DNA of 64,000 nucleotides from Azolla caroliniana (Eukaryota > Plantae > Polypodiophyta). Under the pieces are notes generated by a model. That model made no database searches, was not told the DNA's origin, and saw only the letters and a program-made list of their open reading frames with translations. The DNA lies in NCBI GenBank assembly GCA_043228905.1, contig JBHGNT010000013.1, positions 19,716,001 through 19,780,000 on the forward strand, given 5' to 3'. Shown here one piece after another: positions 1-15,750 of this stretch (position 1 is its first letter; every line of letters begins with the position of its first letter). The position numbers and the translations under genes are program-made.

Positions 1-875
1 TCTACTTTATTGCACACCACTAGCAATGGCTTGTTTACAAACAAAGGCTTGATACTATGAAATAATGCAGCTTGCTGCTCTAAAGTATAGCCACAAGCAC
101 CTGATATGTCTACAAAGAAGAGAACGGCAGCTCTTAAATGAGCCAAAGCAGTAATACTAAGCATTTCAATAGTGTTCCGATCCTCCAAGGGATGATCTAA
201 AATCCCTGGAGTATCAATAACTTGCCATCTAAGATACTTATAATCGGTATGGCCAACAAAGAGAGACTTGGTTGTGAATGCGTAGGGCTGAACATCCACA
301 TCAGCTCTGGTTATCTTGTTAATGAAAGAGCTTTTACCAACGTTAGGGTAACCACAAATCAAGATAGTTCTAGTGTTTGGATCAATGCTGGGGAGCCTTG
401 ACATATGTTGCCTAACTTGTTCTAAGTAAGCTAAACTCGGACCGATTCTCTTCATTATAGTACACATCCTACCGAGTGCGGAAACCTTCAGTTTCTTACA
501 TCTATACAGAGTATCACCATACTTAAGCAGCCTCACATAGTCTTTGCATACCTTGCTGATGAGGTTTCTTGCAGTGTTTATCTGACCAAGGGCAAGCTTG
601 TAGTGGTCTTTGTCATACAGAACGTTGAGAAGGTCCGCATAGAAAGGATGGATGTCATCAACGCGAGGGAAGTCTTCGATGATTTTGGAAAGCTTCTCAT
701 GGAAGTTCTGCTGAGTGTATTTCACCTTACGCATGTAGAACTGACGTAGGCGATTGATGGAGTAACCCTTGTGGACGACGGTGGGGGTCTGCCGCTGCGT
801 GCGAGAGAGGATGATGTCGATGAAGTCTTTGGAAGTGGGGACGATGGTGATCTGCTTGAAATTGTAGAGCACCAT
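1..875 (-). CDS. NOG1: Nucleolar GTP-binding protein 1 (60S biogenesis GTPase), 5' part, runs off the window start
   Basis: The reverse strand from ATG at 875 reads [38 protein letters not shown]...[23 protein letters not shown]...[10 protein letters not shown] (G1)...PYAFTT (G2)...DTPG (G3), with no stop to the window edge. It is absent from the ORF track because it is truncated. Confidence 0.97.
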   Translation of the reverse strand, partial: MVLYNFKQITIVPTSKDFIDIILSRTQRQTPTVVHKGYSINRLRQFYMRKVKYTQQNFHEKLSKIIEDFPRVDDIHPFYADLLNVLYDKDHYKLALGQINTARNLISKVCKDYVRLLKYGDTLYRCKKLKVSALGRMCTIMKRIGPSLAYLEQVRQHMSRLPSIDPNTRTILICGYPNVGKSSFINKITRADVDVQPYAFTTKSLFVGHTDYKYLRWQVIDTPGILDHPLEDRNTIEMLSITALAHLRAAVLFFVDISGACGYTLEQQAALFHSIKPLFVNKPLLVVCNKV

Positions 876-895
876 GTCTGCAGAACGAGGGGGGG

Positions 896-1122
896 GGAGA
901 AAGATCTCTCGGCGTGGCTGCTGTGAGAAAGACACAGACCGAAGAGGAGTGCTCAGCGAAGGGAATTAGGGTTTTGACAGCCTTCTTTCTCTGTGCAGTT
1001 TTGCAGGGGGGCGAGGGAGATCTCTCTGCGTGTCTGGTGCGAGAAACACACAGACCAAAGGGGAGAATTCAGCGAAGGGAATTAGGGTTTTGTCAGCCTT
1101 CTCTCTCTCTCTCTCTCTCTCT
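896..1122 (-). promoter_or_regulatory. NOG1 5' region: diverged ~117-bp tandem duplication, each copy with a telo-box (AAACCCTAA), followed by a (CT)n tract
   Basis: Two copies of agatctctc...cacagacc...cagcgaagggaattagggttttg(a/t)cagccttct start near 902 and 1018. Telo-boxes are established motifs of plant ribosome-biogenesis gene promoters. Confidence 0.65.
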
Positions 1123-2038
1123 GTCGTGTGTGGTTTTGGCTATTTACATGAATACCCCCATCTCGAGTGAGTGTGTGTAATATCAATATATGTATTCTAG
1201 AGACTTTTGAAAACTCGACAAATGCCCTCCTCTCCAAGTGGGTGCCCATGGGGTTAGGGTTATGCACAAGCGGAAAGCTCAATGTCAAGAATTAGGGTTA
1301 GGGTTATGCCCAACCCTCCATCAATGCATGCTTGCACCTACCTAATAACTATCTCTCCGAGAGGGGTTACCCTCAACATGGAGCTGCTCCTTCCACACAA
1401 GTAGAGCTCGATGCCGAGAATTAAGGGGTAGGGTTGTGCCCCACCCTCCATCTCTCCGTGCCTGCACTTGCCTACCTGCCTACCTATCTCGCCAAATCAT
1501 TGTATGTCCTTGTAGCTTCTGAAAACTTTGAGCTTCCTCAAAACCCATCTAGGAGTACGTCATAAATATCCTAGAGGTTTTCCCTACAGAGTCGTTGGAA
1601 TGTCGCTAATCTTTTTGGTTATTTACAACGATACTCCTCTAAGATTCCAACTGATCTACATAAGGGTATTCCACTAGCTTTAAAATCTTAGGGGTATTCC
1701 GATAAATACCCAAAGGTATTTACGTGTCCTTTGTTAAGTATAAACACTCTTTCCACACAAATGTCATGTCACCTTTTGTATATTATGTTACGACAAATTA
1801 AGCTTTTATTGTCTACTAGGTATATAGTTGGGTAAAAGATACACCTTAATCAATGTTATAAAAGGAGACAATAGGGTTTGTTAAATATAGTGAATAAGTT
1901 TTGTGAGCATTTCAAGGTTCTCCGCTTGCTTTTTTAGCATTGGGGTAATCATCCTACTTCTTTGTGATAATGTATTATTATTGTAGGATTATGTGGGCAT
2001 ATTTCCTTAAAAGAAAAAAACATTGCTTTTCTCACATT

Positions 2039-2353
2039 TAACAATCAGCAACGGTTCAGTTTGAACCGAACCAAACCACGAAACCACGGCTTAACGGTTT
2101 TGGTTTTTTTTTTTTTAAATAAATAAATTTAACAATCTTTTCATTTTTAGAACTTATTCTCACATTTTAGGAACATATTTCAAATTTAAAAAATTTAAAA
2201 TAATGAAATATTTTAAATTTATTTTAAAAAATTTTAAATATTTAAAATAACTTTTTTTAAATTTTAAAAAATTTTAAAATGTTTTGTTTTTTTTTTAATT
2301 TAATGGTTCGGTTCGGTTTTGACCCTCTCGAACCAAACCGTTGCCGATTGTTA
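2039..2353. mobile_element. Non-autonomous hAT-type MITE
   Basis: ~25-bp imperfect terminal inverted repeats (taacaatcagcaacggttcagtttga / tcgaaccaaaccgttgccgattgtta), an AT-rich core, and a perfect 8-bp target-site duplication ctcacatt at 2031-2038 and 2354-2361. Confidence 0.88.
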
Positions 2354-3357
2354 CTCACATTGTCAAATCGGTGCAATCCTTAAGGCTTGAACACATTTCT
2401 CTCACAATGACAAAGTATTTCACCTTTGGTTCGACAAAATATTTGACCTCCAATGACGATAATAAAATCTATCTCACACAAAAAAAGAAAATGTAAAAGA
2501 CAAACAAGCAAAATATTAAGTTCCAGATGGATGCACAAGATCAAGATAGTGGTTTTGCATATCAATTACTTCATGAAGTTAAATAGAATCTTAAATAAAT
2601 AAAGCTTTGCAATGTCAACCTATAGATGAGAACACAATTCTCTCTTTTGGTTGGGTTAACAAGCAACTATGGACACACTATTTGTGCAATCAACTTATGT
2701 ATGCTCATGATGGTCATTGAGTTGTGTTGTCTAGATGCATTTGCAACCAAATGAAATGAGGATGCTATGCCAATAGTAGGAAATTACAATATCATATCAT
2801 TCACATGAACCCCACGTGTTGGTGCATGGCGAATTGATGTCATTGTAATGTCGTTTCCAAATCCTGGAATCCCTATCATGGAAGTCATGGCACAATAATG
2901 TGAAAATTATGCATTCACATGAATTGAAAGAATGAAGAGTGATAATCCAAGAACATTGTTATTCATGGGAACTTGGAGGAGAATACAAGATCACCTACGT
3001 CACTTGGGAAAGGCATTAGGGACTTTTTCAAAATGCATTATGGCATGCCATGAGTCACTATTTATGGGACATAAATGGTTGGATACAAGGTGTCTCTTGT
3101 GCAAAATAAATGTTGATTGTAATCGCAATGGTCAACAAAACAAAGAGAAGGATTATTCTCGAAAATAATAAGATTTACCCCAAAGGCACGGGGATTATTC
3201 TTTTGAGCCCAAGGATCATACCCTTTTTACAACAAAAATGCTAATCGCAAAATGTATGAGGATAAAAGTAGTAAGCTTGAGGATGTATAAGAAGACAATA
3301 TAGATACACTGAGAGGGGAGGTCCTTGAACAAATAAGGAATCACAACCTATAGAAAT

Positions 3358-3562
3358 ACTCATGACCTACAAGATTAGCTCATATAATCTACAATATATT
3401 AACAACAATAGCTCATGACCTACAAGACTAACTCATATAATCTACAATATATCAACAATGGAAATCAGTGAAATGCGGGGATTGTTGTAGATGAGCTAAC
3501 CAATGGATAACATATTAACTAAGGAGTCATGACCTACAAGACTAGCTCATATATTCTACAAG
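3358..3562. repeat. Three copies of a ~40-bp unit (catgacctacaagaytarctcatatawtctacaa)
   Basis: Copies start near 3361, 3414 and 3528. Confidence 0.8.
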
Positions 3563-4426
3563 TATATTTTCATAATTGTCAGGGATATCCGTGAAATATG
3601 GGCACTATCATACATGAGCTAGCCAATTATGCTTGTTTCGTTATAGATAAAACTTTTTGTCAATCTAGAATAAGCATTACTTCAAATCCAAGGGAGAGCT
3701 CATTGTCTCTAGTAACATTAATGCCTATGGATGAAAATAGATTTGGATCATCTTTAGGCACTACTAATTAGTATGTGATCAAAGAAACCATATGAGAATA
3801 ACATATAATCAATCACACTACTCTCGTTATGTTTTCTACATAGAAAACTATCCCTACCATCTCATAAAGATGCACCATTTACAATCAACAGTCTCGTACT
3901 ATTATGAATTTGTGAAATTAAGTTTCCATAGGCATATATGTTGCACCAAACTATAGAATCATCTTCTTCTCCAAACAAGGAAACCACACTCACCAGCACG
4001 CGCTAGAATCCATCCGTTTGTGCACTATCCACCATTGCTTTCCATATGACTTATCTCTCGTTCTCTTCGATGTGAGACAAGGTGTTTGGGCACAACCAAG
4101 GATAAATGACAACTATAAATATTTGGCCCTGAACAAGTTCATCAATGAGCATCACAACTTAATAAAATGTGAAGCCTTTGACCATATTGAAAACAATGCA
4201 ATGTCAATCTACTTTTGTCCCTAAGCTTGAGTTTATTTTTTTGTGCGATGTCAATCTACTCGATTCCCTAAAAACATTCCTATCACAATGACAAAAATCA
4301 CTCCCAATTGCAATGTTCATTTATAAAATTTGAGCATTAAGAGTTATTCCTTCAATTCCACATGTATAATGTAAATTTTTTTACTTTTCATTCGATAGGT
4401 TATATTTGACTTTCAGTGATGATAAT

Positions 4427-4478
<52 letters not shown>

Positions 4479-5801
4479 CTAGGCAATCAAAGTCAATCTC
4501 CCATTGACATTAAAAATATATCGATTTTTATTGGCTTGTTGCTTGACAATGTACCATTGAAGTTATAAATTTGAGAGATCCCAAGTTTGATCCTTGCCAT
4601 GGATTAAGCTCCATCCCATAGATTGCAATTGGTCCTTGTCAGTGTTAAGATGTCTCTCTGTCTATCTCTCATATAGACGTGTCCAAGTTCCAATAGTGAT
4701 TTGTAATAAGTTCCTATCTTACATTCCATCCTCTTGATTGTTTAATGATTCTTATCATCTATTGATCTGCCATGTTTGATTTATTGTCATTTTCAAATAT
4801 CTCTCTCTCACACACACACATACAAAATGTTTGTTGATGTGGTCATCGATATCCATCATTTATTGGTCTATGCTTTGTCTATCTCTTAATCATCATGTTA
4901 ATCTACATCATACCCATCATTTATTGATATGTATATCTACACGACGTTTGCCCTTTATTTGTGTATATTCCTTCCCTCATTGCATCTTTATGTGATTTCT
5001 ATGCTCTATTATTAGGTTCTCCATATTTATGGCATGGATTTGTCTCATTGGTCAATTTTGGTGCTTTAATTCAATGTTAGTGTGTTTTTCTTTATTTCTT
5101 TGTTTCTACCAATCCCCATTATCGTGGGAAAGGGAAGTTGCATTTCATGTCTAGGCTCAACCAAGAAAAATAATTACTTTGGACCTTGAAAGTCATCCCA
5201 TCATGATACAGATACCCCCCCCCCCTCCCTTTTCCTCTGGCAAAACAATAATAAAAAAAGTGAATTCAAATGTACAAATTGATTGATCTATCTAATCCCC
5301 TCCTCTTCTTATACCTTTGCCTCAATGGTTTACATTGTAGCAACAAATCATAAATTTGAGGGAACTATACTTTGATCCTTGTCATGGGGCAATGCCTCAT
5401 CCCATAGACAATCATATTTGGTCTCTCGTGGGCATTAGCTTATCCATCTCCTTTTGCTATTAACATGTCTTCAAACTCTCCCTAACACTTCACCTTAGAT
5501 GGATCAACTTATCTAATTGACCAATTTCATTAATCTCTCTCCCAAGTTTGCTCGATGGTTTACACCAGAACATCAAAAGTCATAAATTTGACAGAGTTGG
5601 AGTACAATTGTCACCATGACTTAGGCATTATCTCCACACCGAATATTAAAAATATATATATCTTTTTATCGTAATTAGCTTACCTTATTGGTAAATTGTT
5701 ACACTACAAGCCACTACTATGTCTTGGGTTCGAAACCCAATTTTACTCACCTCTATATTATATACTTCATACATATCTCTTAATTCACTAGATGCCACTG
5801 T

Positions 5802-5862
5802 GGAATGTAGGGGTTGAACCCATACCTGGTCTCCATTGTTCAACCTTACCAACTGAGCTACA

Positions 5863-5865
<3 letters not shown>
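5802..5865 (-). mobile_element. tRNA-derived SINE head or tRNA pseudogene
   Basis: Minus strand reads GGATGTAGCTCAGTTGGTAAGG...GGGTTCAACCCCTACATTCC: Pol III A box (TAGCTCAGTTGG), B box (GGTTCAACCC) and ends that can pair. It is only 64 nt and has no proper anticodon arm. Confidence 0.55.
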
Positions 5866-5907
<42 letters not shown>

Positions 5908-6968
5908 GCACCTCTAGACCCTAACCATGAGTTATGGGTCAATATTGGCCTCTCTATGGATGCTAAAAAATATCTATCTATCTTCTTTGTTGGCCCTATT
6001 CCTTTGATCATATACATGATCATGTTTTCTTTTATTACTCCGACGATGTGAAGAAAAGGGCCTTTCTTTAACACCACCGGAACATTGGGTTAGTCTTACT
6101 AAATATATGTATGTACATACATACATAGTGAGTGTTAACACTCTTGTGTGTTATTATTTATGGTTGTAGCCTTTTTGCCCATTTGTGACCCTATATCCAA
6201 AAACAAATCTCTTCCCATCCCCCCCCCGGTTTTCTGTCTCCGCCTGCGTTTTTCTTCATCATTATGCTACCATTTCTTCGTCTTCTCGTATGATCCCTTC
6301 TGAAACCCACATGAATTATCTCTGCTCCGTTGCAGACGTGGGAGAGGTTTTGACCCATTGAATCATCCTTCCCCTGTTTACTTCTAATTCTGCTACAGAC
6401 CTCCCCCCCCCCCCCCCCCCTTCTTTGTCGCAGTAGAGAGCTAGAACGATGTCTACGGAAAAGAAACTGTTTTTTAACCTCTATTTCTGGTAAGCATTAT
6501 GTGATAAAAAGTGCATTAACTCCAGTTTTTTCAGAATGCGTCTGAAGGAAAAATGTGCTGATTGTCGATATGTTTTTTAGTGAGAATTATGGCATGAAAA
6601 GTGTATTAATTTCAATATTTTCAAAAACTAAGAAATGTGCTTTTTCAAAAGCCTTTTTTTATGTAAGGGTAGGATCTTGACACATGAAGAAGCATTGTGT
6701 ACCTTTGTTGTAGATTCAACTATTGTCGAGAATCCTAGGAAACAGGCAAAGTACCTTGTTTGTCAGCTAGAAATTGACCCTAGAAAATACCATAGCACGT
6801 ATTAAAAAACTCCAATTCTCAAGTATCGACATTTTCCAAATTCTTTGTTTGGGCCATAACTTGTTTTACTAGAAGATTCAGATATGACATTACCATTGCA
6901 TACATCAGCCCATTACTTTGTTGTACGCACATTTAAAATATGGACACACCATAATTTAAATGACATTA

Positions 6969-7805
6969 CCATTACTTGTTTTACTAGAAGATTCAGATAT
7001 GACATTACCATTGCATACATCAGCCCATTACTTTGTTGTACACACCATTTAAAATATGGACGTGCACCCATGGGAAACATGAAAAAAGCTGGCAATGATG
7101 CCAGCCAAATTTGAGAATCAAATGAAATGTTTCTCCAGCGATAGGTAAGTGTATCTGCAGATTAAAAAAGATAAGCATGTACTGCTCCATGAAGTGGTCA
7201 ACAGCATTAGGCATTGAGCCTTAGTGCTGTTGAGCTGAAATCCCTCATAGAATAATGTAGACTGTGTAGTTTGAATTTTGCATCTATGTGTTTGTTATTT
7301 TACTTCTTGGATTCTTTTTAAATACCGTTTTTTTTTTCTTTTGCTCCATTATTAGGTGCTGAACCTCATTCCTCAATATTAGACCTCCATTACTTGTTTT
7401 ACTAGAAGATTCAGATATGACATTACCATTGCATACATCAGCCCATTACTTTGTTGTACACACCATTTAAAATATGGACGTGCACCCATGGGAAACATGA
7501 AAAAAGCTGGCAATGATGCCAGCCAAATTTGAGAATCAAATGAAATGTTTCTCCAGCGATAGGTAAGTGTATCTGCAGATTAAAAAAGATAAGCATGTAC
7601 TGCTCCATGAAGTGGTCAACAGCATTAGGCATTGAGCCTTAGTGTTGTTGAGCTGAAATCCCTCATAGAATAATGTAGACTGTGTAGTTTGAATTTTGCA
7701 TCTATGTGTTTGTTATTTTACTTCTTGGATTCTTTTTAAATACCGTTTTTTTTTTTCTTTTGCTCCATTATTAGGTGCTGAACCTCATTCCTCAATATTA
7801 GACCT
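6969..7805. repeat. Near-identical 418-bp tandem duplication upstream of the kinase CDS, plus a partial third copy at ~6858-6950
   Basis: ORF-track entries 7020..7214 and 7438..7632 are identical and offset by 418. The copies differ by about one substitution (gtgctgtt/gtgttgtt) and poly-T length. Confidence 0.93.
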
Positions 7806-7873
7806 CTGAATGCCTTAAGGATAGGTATTTAATACCATCTGAAAAATGTCAATCTGAAATAACATCTAGAAAT

Positions 7874-10800
7874 ATGAAACAAATTCAGGCAGAGGTCTCA
7901 CTTCTTCAATCGGCAGAGTCGCTTCTATCAGAATTATCAGGCCTTAACACTGAAGATGTCTCACCAGGAAAACTCTATCCAAAAAGATGCCTCTCGTTAT
8001 GGAGAAAGTCAGGCTTTTGGCATGCTGAATCGACACGTCGAATCTTGGAAACAATGTCTATTAATAAAAGTATTGGCTCCAGAAAGAATGTTTCAGAAAT
8101 GCAAGCGAATAGTAGAATCATTACAGAAAATGAAACTATATTAAATGACTGTAGCCCATGTGATATAGCTGCATGCTCTCCTGAGCTCCCTTCGTGGAGA
8201 TGCTTCACGCTGGCTGAGATCCTTTCTGCAACAAGTAACTTCAATCCAGGTAATTGTTATATTCCTTTTCAATAGACTAGTGTTTAAACTTTAGAGACAA
8301 TTGAATCACTGATAAATCAAATATGAAAGGAGAAATCATAGCTTTTATTTATTTTGATACATGAATCTGAAACTTTGAAACATTTAACCATATCACTATT
8401 ATCTTTTATTTCACCATGAATCTGCAGATAATATAGTAGGTAAAGGGGGCTATGCAAAAGTATATAAAGGTACTCTGGTGGATGGCCAAGTTATTGCCAT
8501 TAAAAAACTTGATCAATCTGATTCCGATGAGCTGAAGGAGAAGGACTTTCTAGTAGAGATAGGTATCATGGCCCATATTTCTCATCCAAATACGACACCA
8601 TTGCTTGGCTTTTGCCTTGAGGGTGGGTTATATTTGGTATACAAATTTTATCCACATGGAAGCCTTGCAAGCATATTACATGGTATTATGATTTTATCAT
8701 ATTTTTATAAATATTTCCACTAACAATTACACTATGGATTTCCTCAAACATTTTCTTGCTTTCAGGTCCCAGGCTAAAAACATTTGATTGGCCTCTGAGA
8801 TATAAGGTGGCTATCGGCACTGCTCGGGGACTTCTCTATTTGCATGAAAAATGTCGACGTCGTATCATCCATAGGGATATTAAAGCATCAAATGTCTTGC
8901 TTGATGATGACTATGAGCCACAGGTAAAAGTACTGCTGTTTTGGAAATGCGCTTTGTCTCATCTCACAGGTTTCTAATGGACAGATTTCAGATTTTGGTC
9001 TAGCAAAATGGCTTCCTAGGGAATGGACTCATCATTCTGTATCTCCAATTGAAGGAACTTTCGGGTATAGAGGACATACCTTTCTCTGCTTCTATGCATT
9101 AAGACTTTATTTTGTTGCGAGTCTTCTATTTGTCGTTTACTGGGTAGTCTCTTTTTTGAAATGTAATCCAAATATGATCTAATTTATATCACAGCATTGC
9201 CGAGATACCTAATCCTTATAAATCGCTGGTATTGTAATATTTGTTGAGTTTTTTGTTCACTTAGTGATGGTAATACATCCTCCCTTATTTTTGTGTTGTT
9301 TCTCTAGGTTATAGTCTGTTTCATTAGCTTCTTGTTAGCACCTCCCCGTGCTCTCATTGTGCTAGTGAAATGAAGACTGCATCTGTCTGTTTTATGTGTT
9401 TTTTCAGGGTTGCCAAATATATTTCATTTTCTTCCTTGTTCTTGTAAGGGTTGCCAAATCTCCTCTGTTGTATGCCTCTTCTTTTCATGGTGGCCAAATA
9501 CCTTTTGTATGCTTTCATGATCTTTTTACAGTTGTCAAATACTTTTTGTATGCTTCCATGTTCTTTTCACATTTGGCAAATACCTTTTGTGTGCTTCCTT
9601 GTTCTTTTCAGAATTGCCAAATATTTCAGCTTGTCACCACATAAAATTGTAGTTGTGACTTATTCTCTACAAAAGTGCCTGTAGGTTATTCTAGAGTCAC
9701 ATGATTCTTGTTGCAAGCTTCCTGGTTTCTCACAGAATTACACACAGTAGGATTCTTTCAAATGTGTATTTGTTGGCACTGCCTGACAGCACGACAAACT
9801 GGAATATATTTTACTAGAATGCAGGATGGCTGTAGATCTTGTACACAATTATAAAGCTAAGTTACTAGATAATGATTATGTCATTCATGGTACTGCTAAC
9901 AGCAACTCGTGTGGGAACTCATTAAATTTTGAGGTGAAATGTGAAATGAAGATAAGTGTAAAGAAATGCATGAACGAAGTATCAGCACAATAGAACAAAC
10001 AGACCTATCAACTCTAGGAGACATGCATGGGTTTAAGTTTCTTTATGTGCATTTCATCTGATGTAAGTTCTTGCTTCCTTGTAAAGCACTTGGGCATGCC
10101 ATTTCATTGCAAAAGTTTCTTGCATGCTTTCCAATTCATGTCAATTCTCGATTAGTCCTTCCTGAGCAAAAATAGGCTTTTGATTAGATTGAAGCCAACA
10201 TTCTACTTCCATCTAATTCCAAAGGAAATATCTTTTATGTCCCAAAATAAAACAAGTGGTAAGAGAGAAGAAAGTACTTGATCATAATTTCTAAATGTTC
10301 ATCTTGTTTACAGTATAACTGCTGATTTCTATGTACGCAAATTTAGAATGAACATTTGATGATGGTGAACAATATTTTTCCTGGCAGATACCTTGCACCA
10401 GAGTATCATATGCATGGTATTGTCGATGAAAAGACTGACATATACTCTTTTGGTGTTCTCCTGTTGGAAATCATCTCTGGGCGTCGAGCTGTGGATGATG
10501 ATCAGCAATGCCTCGTCAATTGGGTAGGTCTTATGGGAGGATTTAGCTTATTGAGCTTCGTCTATTTTTGCTGAATATCCTTTCTGGTTCTAGGCAAGGC
10601 CATTATTAGAATCAAGGAACATCCAAGAGCTAGCTGATCCAGAATTGCGGGGTTCTTTTAACTATCATCAAATGCACTCCATGGTTATCACTGCAGAAAT
10701 GTGTGTACGGCAATCGTCTATTTCAAGGCCATCAACTAATCAAGTATGCTACTTGAACTTTATGACCATCATTTTGTTACGCATGAGTTGATTAATATGG

Positions 10801-11761
10801 ACACTTTCCAATGTTAAATCATGATAAACAGATGGTGTATTAAAATATTATAGGGATATCCTAAAGTAGCATATAAGAAACGTCGCTTAAAGAACCTGAG
10901 ATACCATGCCAAATATCAGAATAGGCATGAACTTCTAATTAATCCTGGCCATTTGTCAGTTATTCTGAGGTGAAGATAATCGTCCTTTTCTAGCTTCTTG
11001 CTCTCATCTGACATTTAGCATCACTATTATACCTCTAGGCGATATCATAGAATGAAGTTGCTTCAATAAAGTTGTCTGAGATGAAAACACTTACATTCCT
11101 ACAGTCAGTGAAGTGAAACCTAGCCACAACTTTAACTATCTAAGCTTACTAGTAACTAGTTGATGCTTGAGTACTTGCCCCTACAAAGATCTGGTTGAAA
11201 ACTTGTAACTGGTACCCCTCTTGTTTCACTTCAGATTATTTCCAAAGCTGTAGACCCTGTTTCCAGCATAGTAGAACATATGACCCTTTGTCGGATCATA
11301 TTGATCACTTTGTGACTGCATAAGCTGAATAGATGGGATCGTGAATTGATTGAGAGTGTTGAATCATGTTATGAGATTGCGTATATCATTAAAAGTGTTT
11401 TAATGTATATATAATTGCAGACTCTAACTATGTGTTGCTAACGTCATGTCCCAAAATCTCGTCGTTAACCATTTATTTTCAAAAATTAGAGTTGGGTTCT
11501 GGCTTAGAATCCTAGAATTTGGTATTAGTCTCTTTAAGTTTGTTAAAATGGTCTGCATTTATGCATCTCTGCTCACCTGGAGTTAAGGATAGATGTTTGT
11601 AAACATTATATTTGTCACAAAAGAACCATCAAAGTTCTACCATTTTTGGATTGCCATCGTTAAGGAACACCATTGTAAGTGCAACAGTTTCTGATTCACT
11701 AATATACCGTTGATGCATTTTTGGCTTAATTCAGGTGCTGAAACTTTTATATGCAAGATAA
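7874..11761 (+). CDS. Receptor-like cytoplasmic Ser/Thr kinase, RLCK-VI (ROP-binding kinase RBK-like), ~393 aa from the ATG at 7874; N-terminus may extend upstream
   Basis: Exons 7874-8249, 8428-8682, 8766-8923, 8985-9064, 10388-10523, 10594-10743, 11735-11761, all GT-AG and phase-consistent. Motifs: [75 protein letters not shown]. Confidence 0.9.
9405..9640. repeat. Degenerate ~40-bp minisatellite (gttgccaaatay...cttccttgttctttt) in kinase intron 4
   Basis: About six diverged units, each with a tgccaaata-like core. Confidence 0.7.
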
Positions 11762-13320
11762 TTACTTGATTCTTACTCCTCGTTGTACCAAACAACCCTT
11801 TGGTGGAGTTTCGAATATCAGAGAATGAATATGGTATAGACAGACCAGACCGTTGGGGCTAGTGATTGAAAGATGAAATTTGTCGGGACAAGATTCGTTT
11901 GTCTTAACCTAAACGTCATTGCATCTGGATGGTGTGGTAAACTTACATGGAGAGCAGCATAACCACTAGTTAGTGTTATCAAAGATGTGGATATTCACAT
12001 GCATCAATCAATGTTTAAGCCATTTGTTTACTTATAATTCTGATAGCACCATCAGCAACAGCCTTTAAACATGTAGTGTTCAGGTAAGCCTGTAGTATGT
12101 AGTGTTTTGATTTATGTATAACATGATTTTCCCATAGGCGGTAAAGGTTTCTCTACAGAGTTCTGTATTACATTTAGTGACCTTGATGAAGTGTACCCAT
12201 ATGTTCTAAGTGAAAAAGTTCATTAAATTTGGAGCTACATGGATCCTCATGTTTAAAAGTTCAACGACATTTTCTAATAAAAAAAGCAGCTTGCAATAAT
12301 TAAAAGGACATACCACACCTGCAAAATTAATTTGGCACTGAAGAAGAGTATTAAAGATGCAGTAGCCATGGTTATGCTTTGTTATAATGAAGAAAATTTC
12401 TTCCCAGGTAATGCATCGTAGCAAAACATGATATATAGTGAAAAGCTAGAATTGTTCCCTTTCTCTATTAACAAATGACTTCAATTAGAGATCAATTATG
12501 TCTGCTTGATCATGATTTTTGTCCACAAACAAGAACTTTTATTCACAACGGTCATTTAGGAGATGCCTAATTTTTGCGTTTGCAAAAACTACACACTTAG
12601 GATTGCCAGTGCAATTGTTGCATGTCGTTATCAAAGTGAGATTTCCGAGTATGAAATAAGGTATGCTGTTTCTGACAAAGAAACCACATAAATGTTTTCA
12701 GAGAACGATAATAGAACATTAAGCACCACCAAATAGGTTTTTGTGATTTGCCTACAATATTATTAGCTCTCATGCTTCAATCAGAAGAAACTCAAATACT
12801 TGATCATATCGGGGAGTTTCTGCAGTACTAATATTGAATGAAATAATGCAGTTTATAGTTTTACTACAAAAGAAATTTATAACCGCACCTAGAAAAGTTT
12901 ATACATTTTGCGTTTCTTTTGCATTTTCTATCAAACATGAAGACCATCAAAATAACAACCTGAGAGTTGGAGACTTCACTGGAGCCTGGGGGACATTCAG
13001 TGGTCTTTGTGAGAGGCCGACAGGTCAAAGACTTATGGGAGTGAGTGAAGAAAGTGCAGCCTGGACTACTTCTGAGGATTGTGGTACCTTGTCGTAATAG
13101 AGTTATGAGAATTCAAGAAAACTTCATTTAAGATTAATAGAGAAAGAATTAACAAAAGCTTCATCCTACATTAATCAGCGTCTTTTTTACTAAAACACAC
13201 AATTCTACTGCAAACACATATGTGAGCAGCTGAAACAACTATATTGAAAAAGATAACCCACACAACAAACATTATCAAAACTGAAAAAACTGATACTAAG
13301 AAAAAGACAGCCAGGTGCTA

Positions 13321-15750
<2,430 letters not shown>

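Noticed and set aside
2600-4230. Possible hAT transposase and L1 endonuclease remnants
   Set aside because: Only faint motif traces (a WTPC..H-like stretch near 2805 and CNIYA near 3940 on the minus strand) with many stops; too decayed to call.
5802-5865. Functional tRNA gene
   Set aside because: It is too short and has no anticodon stem-loop, so it is treated as a SINE head or pseudogene.
5685-6077. 130-aa ORF with an RE repeat (also 59640..59918)
   Set aside because: The RE runs are translations of (CT)n microsatellites.
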